Source of the DNA: Nitrosopumilus sp.
GTDB lineage: Archaea; Thermoproteota; Nitrososphaeria; Nitrososphaerales; Nitrosopumilaceae
Direction of reading: 5' to 3'
Assembly (NCBI GenBank): GCA_965223425.1
Contig: OZ245003.1
Coordinates: forward strand, 576,001-640,000
Length of the DNA stretch: 64,000 nt
The notes beneath the pieces were generated by a model. That model saw nothing but the letters and a program-made list of their open reading frames with translations. It did no database searches and had not been told where the DNA came from. This document shows positions 31,878 to 41,303 of the stretch, in pieces. Each line of letters opens with the position of its first letter. The first letter of the stretch is position 1. Both the position numbers and the translations under genes were made by a program.

Positions 31878-32674
31878 TGACAAAACTTGATGATCTTATA
31901 GGTTGGTTTGAAGACAAGCATAAAGTGATGATAGCTCTTTCTGGCGGTGTTGACAGTGCGCTTGTTGCATATGCTGCATTTCAAAAATTAGGAAATTCTG
32001 CAATTGCAGTCACTGCTGATTACAAAACCCTATCTGAGGAAGAACTTCGGACATCCAAACAAATATGCTCTGAGATAGGCATTTCACAATTATTCTTGGA
32101 CTATAATGAACTTGAAAATGAAGAATTTGCAAAAAATGACTCAACTCGGTGTTTTCACTGCAGGATGGAACTGGGGGATCATCTGATCAAACTAGCACAA
32201 AAACACAATATTCAGGTTATAGTTGATGGCACAAATGTTGATGATTTAGGTGAATATAGACCCGGAATTGAAGCCTTGAGACAAAACGGAATTAAAAGTC
32301 CACTTGCAGAAATTAATTTCTCAAAATCTCAAATTCGAGACACTGCAAAACTGGTGGGACTATCCGTATATGACAAGCCATCAAACTCTTGTTTGGCATC
32401 AAGAATTCCTTGGGGACAAAGAGTCACAGCTGAAAAATTAGCTAGAATTGAATTTGGTGAAACCATCGTTAAGCAACTTACAAAAATCAAACAAGTCCGA
32501 GTTCGTGATTTGGATGGTTCTGCAAAAATTGAAGTTGAAAAAGAAATGATCTCAAAATTTAATGATGGTATCTTGAATCGACTAACTGAGAGATTAAAGA
32601 TGATTGGTTTTTCTACAGTTGAAGTTGATGAGGATGGGTATAAACCAGGAAAAATTAACGTGATTGCAGATTGA
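31877..32674 (+). CDS. larE: ATP-dependent sulfur transferase LarE
   Basis: PP-loop SGGVDS, RCFHCR, DGTNVDD...RPG, SCLASR. Confidence 0.92.
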   Translation: MTKLDDLIGWFEDKHKVMIALSGGVDSALVAYAAFQKLGNSAIAVTADYKTLSEEELRTSKQICSEIGISQLFLDYNELENEEFAKNDSTRCFHCRMELGDHLIKLAQKHNIQVIVDGTNVDDLGEYRPGIEALRQNGIKSPLAEINFSKSQIRDTAKLVGLSVYDKPSNSCLASRIPWGQRVTAEKLARIEFGETIVKQLTKIKQVRVRDLDGSAKIEVEKEMISKFNDGILNRLTERLKMIGFSTVEVDEDGYKPGKINVIAD

Positions 32675-33840
32675 TATACCTGGATAATGCAGCGTCTACC
32701 CAAATTCATGGTGATGTTTTAGATTCAATGTTGCCTTTTCTCAGAGAGCAGTATGGTAATCCCTCATCCATACATCGCTATGGTAGATTAGCTCGTAAGG
32801 CAGTTGAAAAAGCAAGAAAACAGATTGCATTTCTAATCAATGCAGATCCTTCTGAAATCCTGATTACTTCTGGTGGTACTGAGTCAAATAACACCGCATT
32901 GAGAGGAATCTCTATGAAAAACCCCTCTGGTCAAATTATCACATCTTCTGTTGAACATGATGCAGTTTTAGAGCCGTGTAAAAAACTGGTTCAGAATGGG
33001 TTTGATGTTGATTATCTCTCAGTAAATCAATTCGGTATGATAGACCCTTCCGAGCTTGATGCGCTCATTTCCAAGAAAACCAGCCTTGTTTCAATAATGT
33101 TTGGAAATAATGAGGTTGGCACCATTCAGCCTATCTCTGAAATAGCAAAAATATGTAATGAGTATAGTGTTCCTTTTCACACTGATGCAGTACAAGCAGT
33201 TGGCAAAATCCCAATTGATGTCAAAGAATTAGGCATAGATTTGCTATCTATTTCTTCTCACAAACTTTATGGTCCTAAAGGTATTGGTGCGCTGTACGTC
33301 AAAAATGGTATCAAAATTGAACCTGTGATTTTGGGCGGTGGTCAAGAACATGGATTACGTTCTGGAACTGAAAATGTTGCAAACATTGTTGGGTTTGGCA
33401 AGGCATGTGAAATTGCAAAAAACAGTTTACATGAAAATATTTCTTATGTGGAAAAACTTCGCAACTCCCTGGCTGAAACTGTATTAAACGAAATCCCTGA
33501 GGTAACGTTGAATGGTCATGCCAAATCCAGATTACCTGGCAATGCACATTTTACTTTTCTTGGTATCAATGGAGAAGACTTGATTATCAAACTTGATGAA
33601 TATGGAATTGCGGCATCTACAGGTTCTGCATGCTCTGTCAATACACAAAAAGCTTCACATGTTTTAGAAGCAATGGGATTTTCACTTGAACAAATTACTG
33701 GCTCTCTTCGATTAACCGTAGGAATTTTTAATGATCAAAAAGAGATTGAACAGACAGTTAATATTCTCAAAAAAGTGGTTCAGGAACTTCGTTCAGTTTC
33801 TCCATTCAAAGAAAAATATTCTTTTGTCCCAAAAACTTAA
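32671..33840 (+). CDS. iscS: Cysteine desulfurase
   Basis: YLDNAAST, GNPSS, TSGGTE, SSHKLYGPKG, STGSAC. Confidence 0.95.
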   Translation: MIYLDNAASTQIHGDVLDSMLPFLREQYGNPSSIHRYGRLARKAVEKARKQIAFLINADPSEILITSGGTESNNTALRGISMKNPSGQIITSSVEHDAVLEPCKKLVQNGFDVDYLSVNQFGMIDPSELDALISKKTSLVSIMFGNNEVGTIQPISEIAKICNEYSVPFHTDAVQAVGKIPIDVKELGIDLLSISSHKLYGPKGIGALYVKNGIKIEPVILGGGQEHGLRSGTENVANIVGFGKACEIAKNSLHENISYVEKLRNSLAETVLNEIPEVTLNGHAKSRLPGNAHFTFLGINGEDLIIKLDEYGIAASTGSACSVNTQKASHVLEAMGFSLEQITGSLRLTVGIFNDQKEIEQTVNILKKVVQELRSVSPFKEKYSFVPKT

Positions 33841-34640
33841 ACCTTAATTTGAAATTTGTTTCTAGAGAGTACAATTACTGTCATGATGCTTGCGATTAAT
33901 ATCATCATTGCAATCGCTCCAAATTCAGGAACTATATAAGTTCCAATGATCATAATGTCCGAATCTCCTTCTACAAAACTTATTGTTATTACTCTAGAAT
34001 CTGCAAGTACTACTGATTCCTGATAAGGCACATATATTCCATCAATGAGAATTATGAACGTGTCATCTTTCCCATCTTGTTTTTCTGCACCTATGAATTC
34101 TCTAGGCAAATCCAATGTAATGGTCCCCTCGTCTGGTGCTTCAATTTGTACTGTTATTGCAAAACTGTCTGAATTTACTGCCATGTCTTTAACTGAGCCT
34201 CCTTTAATGCTGTATTCTACATCAAATGTTCCATGATTTCCTGCATCCACTTCAAAAACTTTTTTGGTTTCTGGAACCTCTGTTTTTGGTGAATAAGTAA
34301 ACGTAGTTTTTACTGAATGTTCCTGATAGAATGCCATCACTGTGTATTTTCCAGCCTTTTGCCATATTGCCCCTTCTGCAAGGATTGTCTCTGTGAATAC
34401 ACCGTCCTGAGCTACCTCAAGTTGTGCAATATCTATTATTGTTGCGTTCCCTTGAATAATTTGTATCAAGACTGGTGTGTTGCCAATTACTGTACCCACA
34501 TTGCCTGATATGACAATTGTGTCTCCTTCGTCATAAGCACTGTCATCGGTTTGAACTGAAATTATTGACTCCTGAGCAAAAGCAGTTGTAGTTGAAATAA
34601 AAACTAAAAATATTATTCCATAAAATATTTTGGACTCCAC
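33837..34640 (-). CDS. PEFG-CTERM sorting domain surface protein
   Basis: Signal peptide; VPEFG followed by a TM helix and basic tail. Confidence 0.9.
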   Translation of the reverse strand: MESKIFYGIIFLVFISTTTAFAQESIISVQTDDSAYDEGDTIVISGNVGTVIGNTPVLIQIIQGNATIIDIAQLEVAQDGVFTETILAEGAIWQKAGKYTVMAFYQEHSVKTTFTYSPKTEVPETKKVFEVDAGNHGTFDVEYSIKGGSVKDMAVNSDSFAITVQIEAPDEGTITLDLPREFIGAEKQDGKDDTFIILIDGIYVPYQESVVLADSRVITISFVEGDSDIMIIGTYIVPEFGAIAMMILIASIMTVIVLSRNKFQIKV

Positions 34641-34710
34641 AAGTTTTCAAATGTATGTTTGTATATTTCCTTTACTATCAAAAATGAAAAAATGAAAAAA
34701 AGTTGTGATT

Positions 34711-35604
34711 TTAGTATCTTGGTATGATGCAAAGTCTTGATTTTGCAGATACTGCAATTATTGATATAATTGCTACTGCTAGAATCATGGCTGCGATTGT
34801 ACCAAATTCTGGAATCACCTTGGTACCAATAACTTCAATTTGTTCAGCGCCTGCTGGGAACATGATTGTTACTTGATTTGCATCAATTTCAGCATCATCC
34901 CATTCTTCTCCGTCAACTAGTACCATGAATGTACCTTCTTGAACTGTTGATTGGTCTATTGTTAACGTTCCATCATCTTCGGCGTTGATGTTAATGACAA
35001 TTGAGTTGTCATTAAAATTGAGCATTGCACTGGTTACCATTCCACCTGAAATACTGTATGGTATACATTGACCACTTGCAGATATATCATTAACACCACA
35101 TTTTACCGGCGTGTCTACTGTGGGTGTATCGTAGTTTGGTACGTATGCAACTCCACCAGTTAATTCAACCTTGGCACTGTTGCTTTTTTCAGCATTGCCG
35201 TAGTTTACTTTAATGGTGTAGGTACCATCGTATTTCCATATTGCACCTCCTGTATTTAGTCTAGTCTCAAAACTACCATCTTCTGCTACAACGAGTTGAT
35301 CAATTGTAATGATGGAGTTTAGCGGGCTTACAACAGTAACTGTAACTGGAAATCCGGATGTATTTGCTACTTGACCTTTTACCATAATTATGTCACTATG
35401 TCCATAATCTGTTTTGTCTGTCCAAACAGATATTGGAAGGTCTTCAAGCAACATTTCCTTTGCTGTTGCTCTGGCATCTTCCATAGAACATCCTACACAT
35501 GCTTTTGGATGATCATTTTCATATTCAGCATATGCTGATGACATGGTTAAAGTACTGACTGCAGTCAAAACGGCAAGTAGCGCGAACGACGTACGGTTGT
35601 TCAT
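34711..35604 (-). CDS. PEFG-CTERM sorting domain surface protein
   Basis: Signal peptide; IPEFGTIAAMILAVAIISIIAVSAKSR. Confidence 0.9.
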   Translation of the reverse strand: MNNRTSFALLAVLTAVSTLTMSSAYAEYENDHPKACVGCSMEDARATAKEMLLEDLPISVWTDKTDYGHSDIIMVKGQVANTSGFPVTVTVVSPLNSIITIDQLVVAEDGSFETRLNTGGAIWKYDGTYTIKVNYGNAEKSNSAKVELTGGVAYVPNYDTPTVDTPVKCGVNDISASGQCIPYSISGGMVTSAMLNFNDNSIVININAEDDGTLTIDQSTVQEGTFMVLVDGEEWDDAEIDANQVTIMFPAGAEQIEVIGTKVIPEFGTIAAMILAVAIISIIAVSAKSRLCIIPRY

Positions 35605-35666
35605 CTTGTTGCGATTTACACTTGTCTCTATTTATGTATATTTAAAAATGAAAAAAAGTTGTGATT

Positions 35667-36527
35667 TTAGTATCTTGGTATGATGCAAAGTCTTGATTTT
35701 GCAGATACTGCAATTATTGATATAATTGCCACTGCTAGAATCATGGCTGCGATTGTACCAAATTCTGGGATTACAACCCCGTCTTTGATATCCACCTCAG
35801 TTGAAGCAGTATATTTTGGATCATCAAACTGTTGTGCAGTTACAGTATAGAATCCATCCTGTTTCCATAATGATCCGCCTGTGGTGATTACAGTTGCAAA
35901 TTCTCCATCAAGTGCTGGTGGTATTTGACTGACTGTTACAACATTTCCGTTTGGAGCAGTCACAGTTACTGTGATGTCTTGGCTTACCCTGTCAGTTAAT
36001 CCGGTGACCTCAAACATTGTGGAGCCGTTCTCAATAACTATCGTATCAAGCTCAAGTCCTGCATCTTTAGCAACATTTGGTTCTGGATTAAAAATTCCTG
36101 TTTCTAAAGTGGATTCAGTTACAGAAGTTCTTTCAGCCATACCGTTTGTTACTTCAACAAGTACGTTCAAAGTATACAGTGAATTTGCATGTACAGCTTG
36201 CATGGCTGTAATTTCATAGAATCCATCTTCGGTCCATGTTGGACCTATTTTGAATTCCTTTACAAAGCCACCGTCGTCATCTGCTGGAATTTGATCAACA
36301 GCTACCACATTGTTTCCACTTGGTGATGTCACTCTAAATGTGACATCTGTGATATCTGAAATTGTCTTACCTGTGACAGTGATGGTGTCGGAGCCTTTAT
36401 CAGCCGTAGCTGTAATGGCCATTCCTAGAGTTTGAGCAAAAACATCTTGCTGAACTGAAGTCATCGAAACTAATGACAGTGCCATAAGGACTATTGCCAT
36501 TGATGTCGTAGAACGTTTAAAATTCAT
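35667..36527 (-). CDS. PEFG-CTERM sorting domain surface protein
   Basis: Signal peptide; IPEFG C-terminus. Confidence 0.9.
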   Translation of the reverse strand: MNFKRSTTSMAIVLMALSLVSMTSVQQDVFAQTLGMAITATADKGSDTITVTGKTISDITDVTFRVTSPSGNNVVAVDQIPADDDGGFVKEFKIGPTWTEDGFYEITAMQAVHANSLYTLNVLVEVTNGMAERTSVTESTLETGIFNPEPNVAKDAGLELDTIVIENGSTMFEVTGLTDRVSQDITVTVTAPNGNVVTVSQIPPALDGEFATVITTGGSLWKQDGFYTVTAQQFDDPKYTASTEVDIKDGVVIPEFGTIAAMILAVAIISIIAVSAKSRLCIIPRY

Positions 36528-36671
36528 CCTAATTCAACCCAGCTATCTTTGGTATTTATGTATACTTGTAAAGAATAATTTAGGTATCAAACCCTCATTT
36601 GGAAAAATAATAAACCAAAAGAAATTCTTTGGATGGTTTGCATGTATTTAAAAAGAGAAAAAAGATGAAAT

Positions 36672-37523
36672 TTAGTATCTTGGTATGATGCCAAGTCTTG
36701 ATTTTGCAGATACTGCAATTATTGATATAATTGCCACTGCTAGAATCATGGCTGCGATTGTACCAAATTCTGGGACTACGTACGTACCGATTATTTCGAT
36801 CTCTTCAGTTCCTGCCGGGAATTCTATGGTGAGCGTTCTGTGTGTTTCTGTTTTTGTTTCCTCAAAGTCTCCTGCTTCTTCACTGTCGATTAAGACAAAG
36901 AATTCATCGTCTCCACCGCTTTCAAGAACTGCATCCAACACGGATCTAGGGATTGTAAGGGTTATCGAACCGTCTTCTGTAGCATCAATAGAAACAATCA
37001 GTGACTTTGAACCCACATCAGGCGTAATACCTAGTAGTTTTCCACCTGTAATCTCATATCCTATCAAGTCACTAGAGCCCTGAACTAACACGGTTGTGCC
37101 AGTTACGGTAGAATCTCCACCATTCCCGTCTATTGTTGGTGGAACAACTGTAGAAGATCCGCCAAATTCAAATGATGCTGTTGCTGTTCGACTTTCGGCT
37201 CCGTATTGAACTTTGATAGTATAGGTTCCTTCCGTTTTCATTGTTCCGCCAGCAGTAATCTCGTAACTGAATTTTTTATCCGCGCCAACTGGTGGCTGTC
37301 CAATTGCTACTATGCTTCCATTGGGAGATGTAACAGTAATGCTAACTGGAACACCATACAGATCTTTGACTTCCCCTGTTACTAGAATTGCTTCACCCTC
37401 TGAATAGGATGTTTTATCTGTAGTAACAACAATCGAGTCTAGTATTTGTCCAAATGCTGGCGTCATACCAATACTTGCAATTAAAATTGCAGATAAGGCA
37501 AACGCCAATAGATGAGCTTTCAT
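36672..37523 (-). CDS. PEFG-CTERM sorting domain surface protein
   Basis: Probable start MKAHLLAF; VPEFG C-terminus. Confidence 0.9.
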   Translation of the reverse strand: MKAHLLAFALSAILIASIGMTPAFGQILDSIVVTTDKTSYSEGEAILVTGEVKDLYGVPVSITVTSPNGSIVAIGQPPVGADKKFSYEITAGGTMKTEGTYTIKVQYGAESRTATASFEFGGSSTVVPPTIDGNGGDSTVTGTTVLVQGSSDLIGYEITGGKLLGITPDVGSKSLIVSIDATEDGSITLTIPRSVLDAVLESGGDDEFFVLIDSEEAGDFEETKTETHRTLTIEFPAGTEEIEIIGTYVVPEFGTIAAMILAVAIISIIAVSAKSRLGIIPRY

Positions 37524-37704
37524 CAGTTTTACGCCTGAATTTGCACTATTTAAGGTTGTGAAAAAATTTGTTGACCAAAAAAGAAAAAACACTGCTTTTG
37601 ACGAATTTCAGATTAGATATATATTAACCTGAGCGTGAGATTTTGACAGTTTGTGTGTATTATTTATTGTTACATTTAATGTTCTATGTGGGGGAGTGCT
37701 GTAG

Positions 37705-37956
37705 ATGGCAACTAAGAAAAACCAAGTTTTAGTTCCTGATCATATCTATGTTCCAAAACATGAAATTATTTCAAAACAGGAAGCTGAGGAAGTTATAAAA
37801 AAATACAATTGCAAACCAACTGAATTGCCATTAATCTTTGTGACAGATCCTGCAATTTTGGGACTTGGTGTAAAACCAGGTGACATGATTAAGATCACTA
37901 GACAAAGCCCGACTGCAGGCAAAAGTCTCTATTACAGATATGTGGTGGAAGTATAA
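37705..37956 (+). CDS. rpoH: RNA polymerase subunit H (Rpo5)
   Basis: HIYVPKHEI, LPLIFVTDP, YYRYV. Confidence 0.97.
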   Translation: MATKKNQVLVPDHIYVPKHEIISKQEAEEVIKKYNCKPTELPLIFVTDPAILGLGVKPGDMIKITRQSPTAGKSLYYRYVVEV

Positions 37957-40900
37957 TGGCAGATCCATCTACAAAACGCTGGCCAGTAATTCAGGACATC
38001 TTAAAACGTGAAGGCATTGCACGTCAACATCTTAACTCTTTTGATGAATTCTTAGAAAGAGGACTTCAAAGTATTATCAACGAAGTTGGACAAATCGATA
38101 TTGAAAACGCTGAATATCCTTACAAAATTCAATTGGGCAAAGTTAAACTTCAACAACCACGTATGATGGAACTTGACGGTTCTATTACTCATATTACTCC
38201 GGCAGAAGCTAGGTTGAGAAATGTTTCATATTCTGCACCAGTGATGATGGAAGCCAGCGTTGTGGAAGATGGAAAAATTTTAGAATCTAGATTTGTTCAT
38301 ATTGGAGATGTTCCGGTTATGGTAAAATCAAATGCGTGCATTTTGCATAATTTCTCTACTCAAAAATTAGTTGAACACGGGGAAGATCCAAATGATCCAG
38401 GTGGTTACTTTATCATCAATGGTTCTGAAAGAGTAATTGTAGGATTGGAAGATCTTTCTTATAACAAAATTATTGTTGACAGAGAAACTGTAGGTGGAAA
38501 TATTGTTTTCAAAGCTAAAGTGTATTCTTCCATTGTGGGTTATCGTGCAAAATTAGAACTTGTCATGAAAAATGATGGATTAATTGTTGCCAGAATTCCC
38601 GGCTCACCTGTTGATATTCCAGTTGTCACATTGATTAGGGCACTTGGATTAGAATCTGACCGAGAAATAGCTGCAGTTGTTTCTTTAGTGGATGAACTTC
38701 AAGATGAATTAGAAGGTTCATTTGAAAAAGCAGGTGATGTCCCAACATCAAAAGATGCTATTGTCTATATTAGTAAAAGAATCGCACCTGGAATGTTAGA
38801 AGAATTCCAAATAAAACGCGCTGAGACTTTGTTGGATTGGGGACTGTTGCCTCACTTGGGTAAACATCCTGAAAATAGAAAAGAAAAAGCACAGTTTCTA
38901 GGCGAAGCTGCATGCAAATTATTAGAATTAAAACTTGGATGGATTTCCCCTGATGACAAGGATCACTATGGAAATAAGGTCATAAAGTTTGCAGGACAAA
39001 TGCTTGCAGATCTGTTTAGAACTGCATTTAGAAATCTAGTCAGAGATATGAAATACCAATTAGAGCGATCAGGCCAAAAACGTGGAATTAATGCCGTAGC
39101 TGCGGCAATTCGTCCAGGAATAATTACTGACAAACTAAACAATGCTATTGCAACTGGAAATTGGGGAAGAGGCCGTGTTGGTGTTACTCAATTACTTGAC
39201 AGAACCAATTATCTTTCCACAATCAGTCATCTTAGAAGAATTCAATCCCCTCTTAGCAGAACTCAACCAAACTTTGAAGCAAGAGACTTGCATGCAACCC
39301 ACTTTGGAAGAATTTGTCCAAGTGAAACACCGGAAGGCTCAAACTGTGGTCTGGTAAAAAATTTGGCATTATCTGGAATTATCTCTGTTAATGTTCCCTC
39401 TGAAGAAATTGTCGAAAAACTCTATGATCTAGGAACAGTACATTTCTTTGATGCCAAAGAAGACTTGAAAAAAGATGGTACCAGAATATTCGTTGATGGT
39501 CGTCTGATTGGATATTACAAAGATGGTGAACAACTATCTGAGTCACTTAGAGATCTTAGGAGAAATTCAAAGATTCATCCTCACGTTGGAGTTTCATTCC
39601 ACAAGTCTGAAATTGAGGGCTCAACAAAAAGACTTTATGTAAATTGTAATGCAGGACGAGTTTTACGACCTTTGATTGTTATCAGAGATGGCAAACCCAT
39701 GCTAACCCAAGAATTGTTAGATAAAATTTCAAAGAAATTACTCTCTTGGAATGATCTTTTGAGAATGAGCGTTTTAGAAATGATTGATGCAAATGAAGAA
39801 GAAAATTGCTATGTTACTTTAGATGAAAAAAATTCAAAGAAATACACTCACCTTGAAGTATTTCCACCAGCAATTCTGGGTGCTGGGGCTTCAATCATTC
39901 CATATCCTGAACATAATCAATCTCCAAGAAATACATACGAATCTGCAATGGCAAAACAAAGTTTAGGATTCTCTACCCCGATGATGAATACCAGTACATA
40001 TGTTAGACAACACTTTATGCTATATCCACAAACTCCAATTGTAAACACTAAGGCAATGAAGCTTTTAGGATTAGAAGATAGACCCGCCGGCCAGAACTGT
40101 GTTGTGGCAGTACTTCCATTTGATGGTTACAACATCGAAGATGCCATCGTACTTAGCAAATCATCTGTTGATAGGGGATTGGGTAGAACCTTCTTCTATA
40201 GAATCTATGATGCAGAAGCAAAACAATATCCAGGTGGAATGCGTGATAATTTTGAGATTCCTAACGCTGAGGATAACATTAGAGGATACAAAGGAGAGCG
40301 TGCATATCGATTGCTAGAGGAAGATGGTGTTGTTGCAGCAGAGGTTCCAATCAAAGGAGGAGATATCCTGATTGGCAAAACCAGTCCTCCGAGATTTATG
40401 GAAGAATATAGGGAATTTGAGTCCACCGGACCATATAGACGCGATACGTCTGTTGGTGTTAGACCATCTGAGGCAGGTGTTGTAGATACTGTTGTTCTGA
40501 CTCAATCAAACGAAGGGGGGAAAATGTACAAGATCAGAGCAAGAGACATGAGAATTCCTGAGATTGGTGACAAGTTTGCATCAAGACATGGACAAAAAGG
40601 CGTACTGGGAATTTTAGCTAAAGCAGAAGATTTACCATACACTGCAGATGGAATATCCCCAGATGTTTTGATTAATCCTCACGCTTTCCCTTCAAGAATG
40701 ACAGTTGGAATGATGATGGAATCCATTTGTGGAAAGGCCGCAGCACTGCGTGGAAAAAGATTTGATGGCTCTGCATTTGTGGGAGAAAAAATGGATGAAG
40801 TCAAAGAAGTAATGGATGCACATGGCTTCAAATATTCTGGTAAAGAAATTATGTATGATGGAAGAACTGGAAAATCATTCCCAGTTGAAGTCTTTATTGG

Positions 40901-41303
40901 AGTTGTATACTATCAAAAGCTTCACCACATGGTTGCAGACAAAATTCATGCAAGGGCACGTGGACAGGTTCAGATGTTAACCAAACAGCCAACTGAAGGA
41001 AGAGCAAGAGGAGGTGGATTAAGATTTGGTGAGATGGAAAGGGACTGCTTAATTGCTTATGGAGCTTCAATGATCCTAAAAGATAGACTGCTTGATGAAT
41101 CTGACAAATCTGATATCTTTGTCTGTGAAAGATGCGGTTTGGTAGCTTATCATGATGTTAAGCAAAGAAAATATGTTTGCAGAGTATGTGGAGACAAAGC
41201 CAAAGTGTCATCTGTATCAGTTGCATACGCATTCAAACTGCTCTTGCAAGAAATGCAGAGTCTGAATATTGCGCCACGACTGTTAATCAAGGAGAAAGTC
41301 TAA
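37956..41303 (+). CDS. rpoB: RNA polymerase subunit B (Rpo2)
   Basis: GDKFASRHGQKG, GGLRFGEMERD. Confidence 0.99.
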   Translation: MADPSTKRWPVIQDILKREGIARQHLNSFDEFLERGLQSIINEVGQIDIENAEYPYKIQLGKVKLQQPRMMELDGSITHITPAEARLRNVSYSAPVMMEASVVEDGKILESRFVHIGDVPVMVKSNACILHNFSTQKLVEHGEDPNDPGGYFIINGSERVIVGLEDLSYNKIIVDRETVGGNIVFKAKVYSSIVGYRAKLELVMKNDGLIVARIPGSPVDIPVVTLIRALGLESDREIAAVVSLVDELQDELEGSFEKAGDVPTSKDAIVYISKRIAPGMLEEFQIKRAETLLDWGLLPHLGKHPENRKEKAQFLGEAACKLLELKLGWISPDDKDHYGNKVIKFAGQMLADLFRTAFRNLVRDMKYQLERSGQKRGINAVAAAIRPGIITDKLNNAIATGNWGRGRVGVTQLLDRTNYLSTISHLRRIQSPLSRTQPNFEARDLHATHFGRICPSETPEGSNCGLVKNLALSGIISVNVPSEEIVEKLYDLGTVHFFDAKEDLKKDGTRIFVDGRLIGYYKDGEQLSESLRDLRRNSKIHPHVGVSFHKSEIEGSTKRLYVNCNAGRVLRPLIVIRDGKPMLTQELLDKISKKLLSWNDLLRMSVLEMIDANEEENCYVTLDEKNSKKYTHLEVFPPAILGAGASIIPYPEHNQSPRNTYESAMAKQSLGFSTPMMNTSTYVRQHFMLYPQTPIVNTKAMKLLGLEDRPAGQNCVVAVLPFDGYNIEDAIVLSKSSVDRGLGRTFFYRIYDAEAKQYPGGMRDNFEIPNAEDNIRGYKGERAYRLLEEDGVVAAEVPIKGGDILIGKTSPPRFMEEYREFESTGPYRRDTSVGVRPSEAGVVDTVVLTQSNEGGKMYKIRARDMRIPEIGDKFASRHGQKGVLGILAKAEDLPYTADGISPDVLINPHAFPSRMTVGMMMESICGKAAALRGKRFDGSAFVGEKMDEVKEVMDAHGFKYSGKEIMYDGRTGKSFPVEVFIGVVYYQKLHHMVADKIHARARGQVQMLTKQPTEGRARGGGLRFGEMERDCLIAYGASMILKDRLLDESDKSDIFVCERCGLVAYHDVKQRKYVCRVCGDKAKVSSVSVAYAFKLLLQEMQSLNIAPRLLIKEKV

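Larger units (their letters stand above)
34688..36773. repeat. Three near-identical copies of the PEFG-CTERM coding segment (34688-34812, 35644-35768, 36671-36773)
   Basis: Copies 1 and 2 differ at 1 of about 125 nt, including downstream non-coding sequence. Confidence 0.9.
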
